Shown here piece by piece: positions 31,181 through 45,339 of a DNA stretch of 64,000 bases; within the stretch, counting starts at the first letter, position 1, and each line of letters starts with the position of its first letter. The stretch is from the NCBI GenBank assembly GCA_964016885.1, contig CAXHJY010000593.1:124001-188000 (forward strand), in the 5' to 3' direction. Source of the DNA: Eledone cirrhosa. Taxonomy: Eukaryota. The translations under genes and the position numbers were made by a program. Below the pieces are notes generated by a model. The model made no database searches and was not told where the DNA came from. It was given only the letters and a program-made list of their open reading frames with translations.

Positions 31181-31525
31181 CTCTCGGGTCTTGAATAATT
31201 GCTCCCCTTGCTTATTCATTTTTCAGATTTTTTCCAATGCCCTGCTCTTATCTCCCCCTGCTTATTAAATTTTGCTAATCTATCTCTGGCAAAATTTTAT
31301 TTTAAGTAATAACATTCTTGTGATAATTAATTTTCTTCAGACATTAATAAACATTATATATGACAAAAAAGAACATTACAAGAAATCCCACAAGTTATAA
31401 AATAAACAGGATGGTTTGAGGTTTCAATATGTAAATTAAATGGCTAATTCTGGTTTTTAAAAAAATGAACGGAGACAACTTAGAAAAATTATCGATCCCT
31501 CCTCCCATTATTTGCGATCCGAGAG
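31181..31525. mobile_element. MITE with ~19-bp imperfect TIRs and TA flanks (Tc1/mariner-type)
   Basis: ta|ctctcgggtcttgaataat ... attatttgcgatccgagag|ta. A second copy is at 58245-58573. Confidence 0.75.
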
Positions 31526-32442
31526 TACATCTCTCCATTTAGCAATGACACACCTCATCTTTCCATTCATCTGTGTCACACCACAACTCTCAACTCAATC
31601 ACATATTTTTGCCTCTCCTTCCTTAAATAACATTATCAAAAACAGTTTTTAACCTTGATATCTGCCAAAACATCAACTGTGTTTGGCATGAGAATATGCT
31701 GTCAAAGTTGTTTATCTGCAATCTCCACCTCAAACTAATCATTATATTTCACATCCTTCCATTGCAGTATGTGTCGACAGAACACAGTTTGATTCCTATT
31801 CTATCAATTTGATTCTACTCTATATCTCAGTCATTTCTTTGATACGTTTTAATAATAAATACCTAGATGCTAACAATACCTTGTCACCTCTCATTTTGTA
31901 TATATAGATGTCACACACAGTCTTCAAACCTACTATTAACTCTGTCTGTACCATACTTCTAATAACAAAACATTGCCTATTATTTTCAAAAATATTTTTA
32001 AATAGTAGGCAATGTTTTTGAAAATAATCAAGAATTTGGAAAAGATTTTGTAATATAACTAACTTTCTCATTATTTATCTGCATTTGGAGCATAACTTAA
32101 CATTTGGAGCATAACATTTCTTATCTGCATTTGGAGCATAACATTTCTTACATAAAATTCTGATAGAAAGGTTTTTAGATAAATATAAACACTTTGAAAG
32201 AACCAGAGGCAGTTTCGGGAGGTTTGGTATTAAAAAGATTAAGCTAACATGTTTAATGCATTACACACAAAACCTTCACCACTTGGTCACTTTAACTGTA
32301 TTATGTGTTTATATCTTCTGCTACTATTCTAGTAACCTCTGCTCTTCTGATTTTATTAGTGCTCATATATATATATAACATTTGATGTAATTCCTTCTCT
32401 TTTCTCTCAATTGTATACCACTTCATACATCATAAACTAAAC

Positions 32443-32862
32443 CAGGGGTGGCGAACCTTTTCATGTTGAAAGGCTGCATTAAGTTACTTGTAATATAATA
32501 AGGCTGCATTCAAGAAACCATAATTATATTTTCTAAAAATCTAATTAGTATGTATTAATTATCTAAAGCACAAAGTCAATCAGGAGTTTAATGTACATTC
32601 TAGAATCGTATTAGAACTAAAACATGAGCGTAGAAAGTGCTGAAGTGGCCCTTATGATCTAATTTTTTAATTCTGGCTGTCTGTGTGTATTATTTTACTC
32701 TTTGGTATTTAAAATATGTTCATCTTATGGTTTAAATTAAAATAAGAGATAAGATGAAAACATATTAATAAAAATTTAGAATTTGTTGGAAATTTTTTAT
32801 TCTTTCAAAAGGCTACATGGAAGGCTGCATGCAGCCTTAAGGCCACATGTTCCTCATCTCTG
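32443..32862. mobile_element. non-autonomous hAT (Charlie-like) element
   Basis: Ends caggggtggcgaac / gttcctcatctctg, with 8-bp flanks aactaaac / agctaaac (7 of 8 match, TSD). Confidence 0.8.
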
Positions 32863-33787
32863 AGCTAAACACTTTACCTAATCCTTCTGTTTGTATACAT
32901 ACCCACGTTTTCCCTCCAGTTATTGTTAGTATATAGCAATTCAAAATATTAGACGAATGAGTAAACAAACATTACAAACCCTTTATTAAACAATGATTTC
33001 TTTCTTAGGCACAAATTATACTTTGGAAGGATAAATAGCCAAACATGGCAGAGTTTGAATGCAGAATTTAATGGGAACATTTAGTCTGGTACTCTACCAT
33101 TTTCCCTCTTCCACTAGAAATAAAAGAGTATCACTGCATATGCAAATACAGTGGTTATAATGCCTAGTTAAAAATTTCCTTCTGGGTTTATTAAAATGAA
33201 GTACTAGTCAAGCACTGAAGTTAATTAAATCAACTATACCACCACTGCCAAATATATTGTGACCTCATGATAGTGTTAGAATTCAATGTTTGTAATGACT
33301 GCATTTCTGATGAAATGCACTCTAAAGCTTTTGGGAGACTTTTACAATTACACATGTCTTTTGCCAGTATGCAATCCTCAATCAGTTAAAAGAATAATTT
33401 CCAACTATGTTGAATGCCATATTAATTTAAAACTCATCAAAAACTATACAAAAGAGAAATTTTACCTTAAAGTGAGAGGGGAGGGGGTGAAAGAGAGAGA
33501 AATAAAATGAAAAATTTATTTTATTTAATCTTATTCAAATAAAGTTAAATTATTTTTTTATTTTCAAAATTCATTATTTTGTATAGGCACCATGAAATAG
33601 AAAAAAATAGTATTATTTTACCTTGTAACATTACCTCTTGTAACCCACATGCCAAATATACTCCCAAAATTACCCATCATATGACAGATGAATGAAAGGT
33701 TAATCTCAAATTCAGAAATAAAATGTACTGCACACTTCTTGGTCTTAATGTAGCCTAGTGTAGCCATGCCATTGAATCATTCTAGTA

Positions 33788-34121
33788 CAGTGGAACTTTG
33801 GTTCATAAACACCTCTTATCACAAACATCACAAACAATTTTTCCAAAAATAAGATGGCTTGGCTGATGAATGGTGTCTTGTGTAACAAACAGGCAAGCTG
33901 GCAGCAATGGTTGATAGCAAGCTGGAGTATCGGTGGAAAAGTGTCACTTGCTGTGTAGTTAGTTACTATGGTGATGTCTATCTGTCTTTCACACACAGTC
34001 TCTCTCTCACTATATTTCTCTCCCAATATTTTGTATGGGAAAAATAGTTTCAGTTTATGAACATTTCGGGTAATGAACGGCCTTCAGGCACGAATTAATT
34101 TCTGTAATTGGTGTTCCACTG
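33788..34121. mobile_element. Tigger/pogo-like MITE
   Basis: ta|cagtggaac ... gttccactg|ta. Confidence 0.75.
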
Positions 34122-34984
34122 TACTTTGAAACTAGTTTCTATTGGTGAGCATAGAAAGAATGTTGCTAGTAAGGTAGAACATCTGTGCTAGTTGGTTATA
34201 AGGTCTGGATTAGTGGTGGGTGTGGTATCAGGATGTGTGAATACAGCAGAGTTTGTTAACTAATGTTTTTATACATATTTATCTAAACACTCAAACACAT
34301 TGCTGTATGTTATGAAAGCTTGTTTTTAATACTAATACAACTAAAAAGCTTTTCTTGAAATTTTTGTTTATTTTATATAATCATCAACATCATTACAACT
34401 ACCATCACAGCAGTTAAATCACCATCATATTCTACTACATTAATTACTGTCTTTAAAAAGAATAATTTTAGATACGCTATATCTGAAAAAAAAGCTTTGT
34501 GGGGCTGACCTGAGTGCCAAATAGCAACCCTCAACTAAATCTTTCTCTATGTGTATCAGAATATATCATCATCAACAATGTCCTGTATGTTGTTTTACTC
34601 ATGCGAGCATCAATATGTTTATTTAATCAGTTTTGAGATTTTCCAACTCTTAATCAGTTTCAAATCCTATGTCTGAAATGGAATAAATTATTCTCAACTA
34701 CAGTATTTCAGACCTTTTGTGGCCCTTAAAAACTGGTAATGATCATCAGTGTTTCAAATGTAGAAAAGATGCCAATACATGAATGAAATATTGATTTTGA
34801 ACACAGACTAGATAAGTGGATGTACTCACTTATATTGACCCTCTCCTCTCCTCACTTATGTTGACTGATTCTAAAATCAATGTATAAATCAAATATAAGC
34901 ACATTAAATATCCTGCTGCTATTTAATATAGATCTCTGACATGAACCAATGTTGAAATAAGAGGACTTCTGTCATTGCTTGCAT

Positions 34985-35325
34985 CATCATAGTCCCCTTC
35001 CTTGGTCACGAATGACTATGGTTTTGCACCTGGAAGGTTTCCCTCCATAGCACAAACTTGGGCAATGTGTGTTTGTGGAAGACCAATAGTCGCCCATGCA
35101 TACCAGTCTCCCCTCTCCATGTCAGTAATGTTGTCCAAGGGAAAGGCAATGACCAATACAGCTTGGCATCATTGACATAACTCATTTCTACAGCTGAGTG
35201 AACTGGAGCAATGTGAAATAAAGTGTTTTACTCAAGAACACAATGCATCACTCGGTCTGGGATTTGAACTCACAACCTTACAATTGTGAGCTAAGTTCTC
35301 TAACCACTAAGCCACGTGCCTTCAT
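34985..35325 (-). mobile_element. tRNA-derived SINE (CORE-like central domain); related copy ~42370-42520
   Basis: The minus strand has box A tggcttagtgg and box B gagttcaaatcc, then gtgttcttgagtaaaacacttt. Confidence 0.8.
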
Positions 35326-36278
35326 AAAGTTAACATAAAAGTAAAATGGCTGAATAGATAAGATATTGAGTTCAAGTATAGTATCCATCAACAAGAAAGA
35401 CACCCAATTATTCGTACAATCAGGCCACTTAGCAAAGTTTCTATAATTTTAGTGACTGATATCTGTTTATAGGAAACTTTCTTAACTGAACTGAAACATC
35501 CTTTTAATTCATTTGATAATAGTAAATTCAGAACATCAACTTCTCAAGGAAACTGGACACATGTACTGGTTTCTTTCATAGTCATAAGATGGAATTTTGT
35601 AAGGAATGGTTATAGAATGTCTCAGGAAAAAAATCACCGGACAGATTTCATGGGCAAAACCAACTGGCAGGAGAACCAGTGGTAGACCCCAAGCAAGATG
35701 GTTGGATAACATCCATGAGCTCGGCTAGTCTTGCTTGGGGATCAAGCTGGATCAGTTGGAAATGGTTGCTTTTGACTGCTGGAAGGAGTGTTTGAGGACT
35801 CTGTCCCCATGGTCCTCTCAGGAATAAGTGGGCAAAGACAGTTATAGATAATTCAATGAACCCCAGTATGTTACCTCTACTTAATTTGTTGGACAGAGCT
35901 AGCCTCAGAAGGTGTGGGGCCCAGTTGGGTGTTACATTTATATTGCAGTATGTTGTTGTGTGTACTTGGCAAGCCAAGAGTAGATTACTCTAGTGCAGGA
36001 CCCTCCTTAGGTATAAGGTCCAATTGGCTTAAGTCTGGCCCTGATATTGGATCTAAAAAGAGAAATGATAAAGATGACTTTGGTGGGATTCAAATACAAC
36101 TTATGTAGTAGATATAAAGATGTTACCCATCTCTTTTTTTTTTCTAAATCAGCAATATGGAAATTCTTATCAATGAAGATTTGGGCCTGTAGTGTAAAAC
36201 CAAGTTCTTTGTTCAATCTAAAGTTCATCAACTAAGCACTTATAATTTTATGATTTAAATATACAGCCTACTTACTCC

Positions 36279-36309
<31 letters not shown>

Positions 36310-36457
36310 AGTTTTTTCTCCTCCCATTGCTCTCTCAATGTTTCCTCTCTTCCCACTTCTCTCACTCTCTCTCTCCTCTCTCTCCCAGTCTCAAATGTTT
36401 AATATATACATCTGTACTTCCTTCCATCTATTACCTCTGTCCTCCTTATACTTAAAG

Positions 36458-36563
36458 AACATTGATCTATCCCCTGCTCAATCTCAGCTGCCCTCCTACA
36501 GATAATATTTCCAGTACTGCTGCAGCAGTAGCAGCTGCAAATACTGCAACTAGGGAAGAATAA
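36458..36563 (+). CDS. candidate terminal coding exon (TLIYPLLNLSCPPTDNISSTAAAVAAANTATREE*)
   Basis: Polypyrimidine tract plus aag acceptor, an open frame to TAA at 36561-36563, then ~1.5 kb of T-rich, repeat-poor, 3'UTR-like sequence. Confidence 0.3.
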
Positions 36564-39500
36564 AAAATTATGACTGACAACAATTAGATTTTTGTATGCA
36601 ACGAATATTTTGTAGGAATTATAATTAGTTCTTTCAAACCCTTTACCCCTTTCACCGCATTTTTAACTTAGATCAATCTATTAGCCTCAGGTAACATTCT
36701 TGCCTCTATAATTTAATGGGAACTGTGCAATTATGTTCACTGTTCTTCTACTTACATTCAAAAGACAGTTTGGGCTCCTTCTGTGTGTGTATGTGTATGT
36801 GTGTATGAAAAAAGAGTTTTGTAAATTAAAGTCTTTTCACTTTTTGTATGTATATTATAATTCTTTTGGGTCTTTTTTTTTGTCTTGGAGAGTGTATATT
36901 TATGTTTTTTCTCTCTTCACTTTTAGTTCTCATCTGATGTAATTTAATTTAGGAGCTCATTCTAGTTGTTTATTCATGAAATATTTTAAATCAAATAATG
37001 CATTATTATTTACTTTTTGTTTTAAAATTATGACATTCTTTAATTTATATTTTTATTATTTACTTGCATGTCAGTATCTTAGTTTTTAGCCATTTTTATT
37101 TTATTTTTCTTCTTTAGGTTGCTATGCCAACTATTGTGAATGTACCTACTGTTAACTGAAATTTATTGTATTTATTTTTTTCCCAAATCAATATATCTAA
37201 TTGGAAAACTAAAAATTATTATTATTAGCATCAATAACAGTAGTAGTAGTAATTCATCATTTAAGTATACATAGTCTTCTAAAACCCTAAGATAAAATAG
37301 GTTAGTGGCTAAACATTTCTATTTTAAATTTTATTAATACACTATTTCCTGAGATTGTTCAATATATCTTAAGAGTAATAGCCCTTATTCTATTGCTTGG
37401 AACAAGACATCTGAATCAGTATACTATAATTGAAGATTCTATCATTTTGTGAACATGTCTAGACATTTGCCTTGTCTTTTTACTTTAGTGTATCAAAGAA
37501 TGACAATGTATGGAGAAACAACTTTTCTTTAGAAGGAATATTTACATCTTTGTTGTAAAGTTTCCTATGTAAATAACTATCTGTCATTTTTTATGATAGA
37601 GAAAATTTAGTTTCAATGTGGTAGAGGGTTTTCTCAGATATGCCATCCATTTGCTGCACAAGTTTATATCATGATTGGTTTAGAAGTACTGTTCCTCATT
37701 AGCAATTATTAAGCTTTCCATCTCTTCCTTTTAAATGTAATACTATCTTCTCAATTGATGTTTGTTTTTCTGTATACTTTGTTAGTATTTCTGTTTATGC
37801 TAAATATTTTCTTACTCTTATTTTCTAATGAGTGTAGAAACTTTAGTTTTATCATGTATTTTTTTTGCTTTTGTATATGTGGGGGGTCTTTAGTAACAAG
37901 ACTTGATTTCTTTTGTAACAAAATGTATAAAGCAACTGTGTAAAATCTCTGTTTATATTTTGTCTCTTGTTATTTTAATGCAATGTGTTTAGCATTTGAG
38001 TGATATAATCTGAATATTGTGTCATTGTTTTTCTGTCTATCTCTACCCTCCAGATATATAGCTTCCAATATATTACATTGAGGTCACTGGCTACTGCTGC
38101 GACTTACACACTGTTAATAACTTCCTTTCTTTTTTTTTAACTCTTATTTGCTGTTTAGAATTATTCTGAGCTGTCTGATGAAATGAATTCCTTTCAGATC
38201 ATCACTTTCTTTGTGACATATAATATTTGATCTTTGTTGATATTCAGAATATCTATAATTCAGATATTTATATATACTACACACCCTATATTTCCTTTTG
38301 TTCTTGTATTGTTTTCATTCTGCATTGAGCAGAAAGTTACCATTGCATATTTGTCAATACCAAACTCTAGAAATATATATATATATATCAGAGCTATAAA
38401 TATTTTCAAACTGTATTTCAGATATGTCATATATTGTGATATCATCCATGTAAAGTAACTTATCTAATGTATTTAGCTACTGTCTCTAAATTTTGACTGA
38501 ATTCCAGAGGGCCAAGCTGAATATAACAATATATCAATTTGTGAGAATCTCTTTGAAATGTTCTACTCTTGATGTTGCTGATTTCAATTGTTAATGTCAC
38601 TATACTCAACAATCAGTATAAACATCTTCAAATGGTTGAGGATTTATGAATGAGATATGTTACTCTCAATTTTGTTTTTTTATATAATCCCACCAAATTT
38701 TATTTTGATATGTTTTATTTATTATTGCTATTGTGGTATCAAAGGTGGTGAATTGGCAGAGTCATTAGAACTTAGGATAGAGAGCTCTGTGAGTTCAAAA
38801 CCCGCTGAGGTCAACTTTGTCTTTCATTCATTCAAGGTCATTAAAGAAGCACCAGTCAAGTACAGGGGCGATTCTTCCTCTATATCTCTTTCTCATTAAT
38901 AATCTCTCACTCTCTATCCTTCCCTGTAAGAAATCTGCTATATTCAGACCTGGAGGGGATTGTGCTCCACCAGGATTTAAAATGTCCTAGAAATGTCATA
39001 TGTGAATGCAACACCCCTATGACTTCCTCAAGAGTTAGAGGACCATGTATGTATGCATTGTGGTATCTAGTTATCAATAAAATCAATGAAAAAGTTACTG
39101 ATCAAGTACTAGACTTGGTACAATTGACTGTATTATGTATGTATCATCATTGACTGTATTATCATTGTTTTTCACTTAGTATGTCTTCTGCCATTTACGT
39201 TCAATCAGCTACTTAAAGGGACTAAAAAAAGGAACACTGACATCACATCACTGTCATTCCTTTCAACATTACTCTGTTGACTAAACAAGAGAAAAGACTT
39301 ACAGTTTTCTAATACAGTTTTATTTGAAGTCATATGGCATTTAATGGAACATATGAACAAGATGTGGTTGTCTGACATGTCCTGTCTCGGACTGTGATGG
39401 GTGACCTATCCAACCCATGCTGGCATAAAAAAAACAGACATATAATGATGAAAATGTAGCTCTGATGTGAATTTATTTACTTTTATATATATTGACAGAT

Positions 39501-40729
39501 TTTTTTAACTTATTAATTGGAAGAGTTGTTGGTGACTGAATGATTTATGGTACTTGTTCCAGCTGCCTATTCTATTTCAAATCCTGTTGGGGTTAACTTT
39601 GCCTTTCATGCTTTCAGGGTCAATAAATAAAGTACCAGTCTACTACTAGGGGTTGATTGTTCTCTTTTTCTCTGGAAGAGAAAAAATGGGCACTGCTCAG
39701 ACCTGGTGAAGGATGAGCTCTGCCAGGTTTAGATGCCTAAGGTGTGTGTGCCATATATCACAATGAAGCTTGTACGACTCAACTTCATTTGATGTTGAGG
39801 AACCAAGGCAAGACAGGGATAGGATTGACAGGAGGTAGAGAATCAAAAGTTGTGACCGGTCTGTAATTTGTGGAGTTTTGTTTTTTTTAATTTGATTTGC
39901 TAATATTAGAATATTTACAGTCTTTGTTAGCTTTTTCAGTATATTAGAGACTCTGTTTATTATCTTATTAAACCTTTGGGCAACATTAGCATGTAAGGAA
40001 TGTAGGCTTTTTATTCATATATTTAGTTATTTATTTATTTAATCTATTCCAGTTTCCAACTCACCCACGCCCATATCTACCACTTTCATGACTATATTAA
40101 CCTCCTCTGTGTAATGTTTGTCACAGTGTTGTTTATGATATTTGTTTTATTTTCTATTCCCTCACCCCCGCCCTGAAGTCTTTCTGTAAAATTATAATAT
40201 TTCTTATTCCATAAGAATTATTTTCTAATTGTATTGTTTATTTGACTATAGTGTCTTTTCAAGATGTTTCATTTTTTACCCTTCTATTCTATTCTCAAAC
40301 CACTTCACTCTTTTGTTTGACTTTGTCTTTATTCTATAGAATAAGATTTTCTTTTAAGTTCATATTCATCCTCAAGTTTTGTTTTATGTATAGTGATGCT
40401 TTTTTTTCTAATTATTTTTTTCTGGTGAATATTTATTCTAGATTTTCTATATAAATAGCTTTATCTTTTCTTGTTTTTATTGATTTCTTTAAAACTTTTT
40501 TCTTTCATAGCAGGTTCTATTTTTGTTTTTGTTGATTTCACCACCAGCTGATTCTGTTAATAAATATATTATTGCATAAATTAGTTGATTTACATTAGTT
40601 ATATTTGACATTTTTGCTTTATTATTCCTTTTCATGTTAGCATATTTCTTTAAAGTTTTATCTATCATATTGTTTGATACTTTCATACTGTGTATGTCTG
40701 GTTTAAAATAGGTTCACTGTATCTTTGCA

Positions 40730-41960
40730 TGTTGAAAAAGGTGACTAAAAGAGTTGGCACCAGGAAGGGCATCCAGCCATAAAACAATGCCTCGAAAAAG
40801 GACTTCATGACAAGTATAACAACATATGGGCATGGTGGGGAACCCAATCAAAACAAAGGAGGTGTTCACTTCATTTATGATGGCCAAATGCTTGATGTTC
40901 TTTGTAGAGACTGGCATATGAGGTTTGGGACATTGAATATTGGGACGATGACAGGGACATTAGGTGAAGATAAGAATAGTGAAAATGTTAGAAGAAAAAT
41001 GTTGGTGTCTTGATTTCTGTAAAGTTTACTGCGGGAGTTGTGGTACAACTTGGTGTTAAGAGCAGAGAATATTAATAGGTGGAAAGAATGCATATGTAAA
41101 GGTGAATGCTGGAATGCATATGTAAAGGTGAATACTGGAAAGACAGAGCTGATGACAAGATTTGGTGAACTGGAAAGAACAGGAAAGAGGCCATAGTCAG
41201 GATGTTGAAGTGAACTCCATTAAATATATGATATGCACTGGGTGGATATATAAAAAAATGTAGTGGTGTGAAGGAATTATTAAATCATATGGTAGTTATG
41301 TTTAAGTGTGTATAAAAGAAACTACAGATGGTGAGGATGTTGAGCTAGATCTTGGGAATGGTGTGATGGAAGATGTAAATATGTTTTTTGTGGGTTTTTT
41401 TGCCTTGAAGACATGTTGAATAGAGAGGGTTGATCAAACTCTGCGACAACATCTATAATGAGATGTGCATGAGGAAAGTACCAGGAACTGAGTGGTGTGA
41501 TAATGAAGAGGGCAGTGTTGCTGAAACTGAAGAGAAAGGTGTAGGCTACATGTATGAGAAGTGTCATGATTTATGGGAGTGAGGCATGGGTGAGGAACAT
41601 GGAACAACACAGAACAGAAATGAACAGAAATGAGAATGGTCTGGTGGATGAGGGGAGTATCACTGATAGAGAGGAAGGCAGACAATGAATTACAGAGGAT
41701 GATGGGAATAGGGCCAATGATGAATGTTGTGAACAGAAATGGAATAAGATGGTTGGGTCATGTGTTGGGGGAAGATAAAAGTGACTGGGTGAGAGGAGAA
41801 ATGGAAATGAATGTGTAAAGAAGTAGAGGAAGCGAAAGACCTAGCTAAAATTGATGGAGAAGGAATTGAAATCCAATTGAGTGGGGATGCAGAGAAGCTC
41901 GACATGCAACCATGCAACCCCCATAAGATTACCTTTTGCTTTATTAGGGAAAATGGCCTT
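40730..41960 (+). mobile_element. old, heavily deleted RTE (APE N-terminus plus C-terminal remnants)
   Basis: MRFGTLNIGTMTG (APE endonuclease start) at ~40918. MIYGSEAW and MRMVWWMRGVS..IRWLGHVL lie downstream. Confidence 0.75.
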
Positions 41961-42767
41961 AAACACTTGTTCTGTTGTATTATACTTTCCTTCTAGTTTT
42001 AAATATTATACATTTTCTTTGAATTTTAATTTTCTTTTGTGTGTATAGAAGACATACAGCCTCATATTTAATGTTATACAATAATTTCTCCTAAATATGT
42101 TTATACTTTTAATTATTGCCACATATCACTTTTCCTTCATAAACTCTTATTGTGGTTCTGTTTGGTTGTAATGTGATCATCATCATCATCATCATTTTAC
42201 GTCCACTTTTTCCCTGCTTGCAAGGGTGGGACAGGAACTGATTCTGGCTTGATTTCTACAGCTGGATGCCCTTCCTAACACCAACCTCATTTACAGTGAG
42301 TGCTGGGTGCTTTTTTGCCATGGCACCTCCGCAACCACTTTGCAGTGGAATGATATGGACCCCAGTCCTATCATCTCATTTCTACAGCTGAGTAAACTGG
42401 AGCAATTAGAAATAAAGTGTCTTGATCAAGGAAACAACACATCACCAGGTCTGAGAATTGAACTCACAACCTTTCGATTGCAAGGCCAATGCTCTAACCA
42501 CTAAGCCATGTGCCTCCATCTGTAATAGAATTATCTCATAGCAAACTATTAGACTACAAATATACAGCATAAATTGTATGCTTTCCCATAGTTTTAATGT
42601 TTAGTTTAGCAGTGAAGAATATTCCTGATAACATTGAAGTGCTTGAATTTTGCCTTGTTCTATCTAAAATCATTGATGTTGTTTATATATTTAACAGAAC
42701 TTGAGGATTTGCTTTTTTTTTGCTTTTTTCATTACTATAGTTGTCTCTCTTAGTTATTTATTTACAG

Positions 42768-44481
42768 CTGATGGACCAGGTCATGAAAGTAACAGAAAGA
42801 GTTATAGCACAGTTGATTAGGGACCGGGTGAAACTAGATGAGATGCAATTTGGGTTCATACCAGGAAGAGGGCACCACTGATGCCCTCTTCCTTGTGAGG
42901 CAGTTACAGGAAAAGTACCTAGCTAAAAGTAAGCCACTCTACCTGGCATTTTGTCGATCTTGAGAAAGCCTTTGACAGAGTTCCACGTGCTGTAATCTGG
43001 TAGGCTCTTAGAAAACTAGGAGTAGATGAATGGCTTGTGAAAGCTGTACAAGCCATGTATAGGGGAGCAGTCAGCAAAGTTAGGATTAGCAATGAGTATA
43101 GCGGGGAATTTAGCGTACAGGTTGGGGTCCACCAGGGTTCTGTTCTTAGCCCCTCCTGTTCATCATATTCCTACAGGCAATAACGGAGGAGTTTAAGACC
43201 GGATGCCCATGGGAACTCCTGTATGCTGATGACCTCGCACTTATAGCTGAATCTATGGTAGAACTAGAGAAGAAATTCCAAACTTGGAAGCAGGGACTAG
43301 AAAGAAAGGGTCTCAAAGTCAACATGACAAAGACTAAGGTCCTTGTAAGTAGACGAGAGGACAGAACCCAGATCCCCTCAGGGAAATGGCCTTGCTCAGT
43401 ATGTAGGAAAGGTGTAGGTAGGAACTCCATTCTCTGCCCCAAATGCAAACAATGGGTACACACGAGATGTAGCAGGATCTCAGAAAGCTTAATTAAGAAT
43501 GTAGGCTTCACATGCAGCAGCTGTGCTGGGACAGCAAGCAGCAAACAGCCACAGGAAACAAGTACCACCAATCTCTGGGAGGGCTCTGTAGAAACAGTAG
43601 ACAGCTTCTGCTACCTAGGTGACCGAATTAGCAGCGGAGGTGGGTGTTCAGAAAGTACAATAACTAGGGTAAGAACAGGATGGAAGAAGTTTAGGGAACT
43701 ACTACCACTGCTAGCTGCAAAAGGCTTCTCCCTCAAAATGAAAGGCAGACTGTATGATGTGTGTATCCGAACAGCGATGTTGCATGGTAGTGAGACCTGG
43801 GTGCTGAAGGTGGAAGACTTACGTAGATTGGAGAGAAACGAAGCCTGCATGCTCCGATGGATGTGTAATAGTAATATACGCGAACGACAAAGCATAAATG
43901 AATTGAGAGAGAGACTGAGCATAAGAGGAATCAAATGCTGTGTGCAGGAGAGGCGGTTGCGTTGGTATGGACATGTGATGCGTATGAAGGATGACAGCTG
44001 CATAAAAAGGTGCAGAGCACTATAAGTCGATGGAAACCACGGAGTGGGGAGACCCAAGATGACCTGGGATGAGGTGATAAAAGCCGACCTTACCCAATTA
44101 CACCTCAAAGGCGATGACACGCGACCATGACCTCTGGCGTCACGCAGTAATACAGAGTACCCGACCTCCCATGGGTACAAGCTGAAGCATATAGACAATA
44201 TGCCCCCACACCCCCCACTGACTGCAAGGTGGTCGTGGAAGTGCCACGGCAAAAAAGCACCCAGCCCACACTGTAAAGTGGACGTGTAGGCGCCACGAAA
44301 AAGCACCCAGCACTCACTGTAAATGAGGTTGGTGTTAGGAAGGGCATCCAGCTGTAGAAATCAAGCCAAATCAGTTCCTGTATGAGCAAGGCATGGTCAG
44401 CCGACCAGACACTGCCCACAACAGGACAACCCGTCTAACCCATGCTAACGTGGAAGAACGGACGTAAAACGGTGATGATGA
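42768..44481 (+). mobile_element. RTE-clade LINE, 5'-truncated, young (same subfamily as 5978-7766)
   Basis: [21 protein letters not shown] and YADDL, ORF 43255-44025, then a 3'UTR and (gat)n tail. Several frameshifts and stops. Confidence 0.95.
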
Positions 44482-44927
44482 TACTGTGTAAAGTGGTTGG
44501 TGATTGACATGTTTTCTATGGCTGGATGCCTTTCCTAACAAAAGGCCGGGAGGTCTCTTCAGCTGTGACAACCTCCCTAATGCTGGTGCCACAATAAAAT
44601 GCACTGAATAAAGCACAGGAACGTATGTGAGCTGCAGGCTCCACTTAAGTATTGACTTGGTCTGTGAAGACTTGTCTAACCATTGTTAGCTGGAAAGACA
44701 GATGATGATGATGATACTCTTTTACTGGTTTCTGTCATTAGATTGTGGTAGATATTAAAAATATCCCATTCAACATGCTTACCATCAAATTAAGGGTAAT
44801 ACAATGCTAAATGAGTCATAAAGATTATATTTCCTTGCTGTAGGGCTTCATATATGTAATATAATGAGTTGAAAAATGTGGATTAACTGAAATTTCTATG
44901 CAATTAATAGATTCCATCTATAGGTGT

Positions 44928-45339
44928 TCAACCATTTCAATACCAACCCACTTAAAACTGCCCTGGCTCTGTGATACAAACTGCCCATTTTAAAGGGGTC
45001 ATACTTATAAAGACTCCCATCATAATCATATTTAAAAAATTTATAAGTAATGTTCCATACATCATCACCAACATTCATAATCATTATTTTTACATCCATT
45101 TTTCCACGCTTGCATGGGTTGGACAGCATCTCCTCTGTGAATTTCAGCAATTTGATGTCAGCTCTCACAACCTCTGCCCAGATCTTTCTTAGTTTACCTT
45201 TACTGCAGCTTCCTGGCACTTCTTCACCATAAGTTTAATAATGAGAGAATTAGTTATTTTACTGAATTACTTCATATCTGATTATTAAAAAAATTCTTTG
45301 AAACATATTGGCAGCGTCTTTGGTAAGGAAAGGATTAAT
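44928..45339. mobile_element. TTAA-type MITE interrupted by a short RTE 3' fragment (~45075-45225, - strand)
   Basis: The MITE ends resemble the 61608 family. The insert encodes KLRKIWAEVVRADI and carries the RTE tail motif. Confidence 0.5.

Noticed and set aside
35250-35325. tRNA-like sequences (also 42450-42520 and 46301-46390)
   Set aside because: These are SINE heads: they have A/B boxes but no complete cloverleaf, and they continue into SINE bodies.
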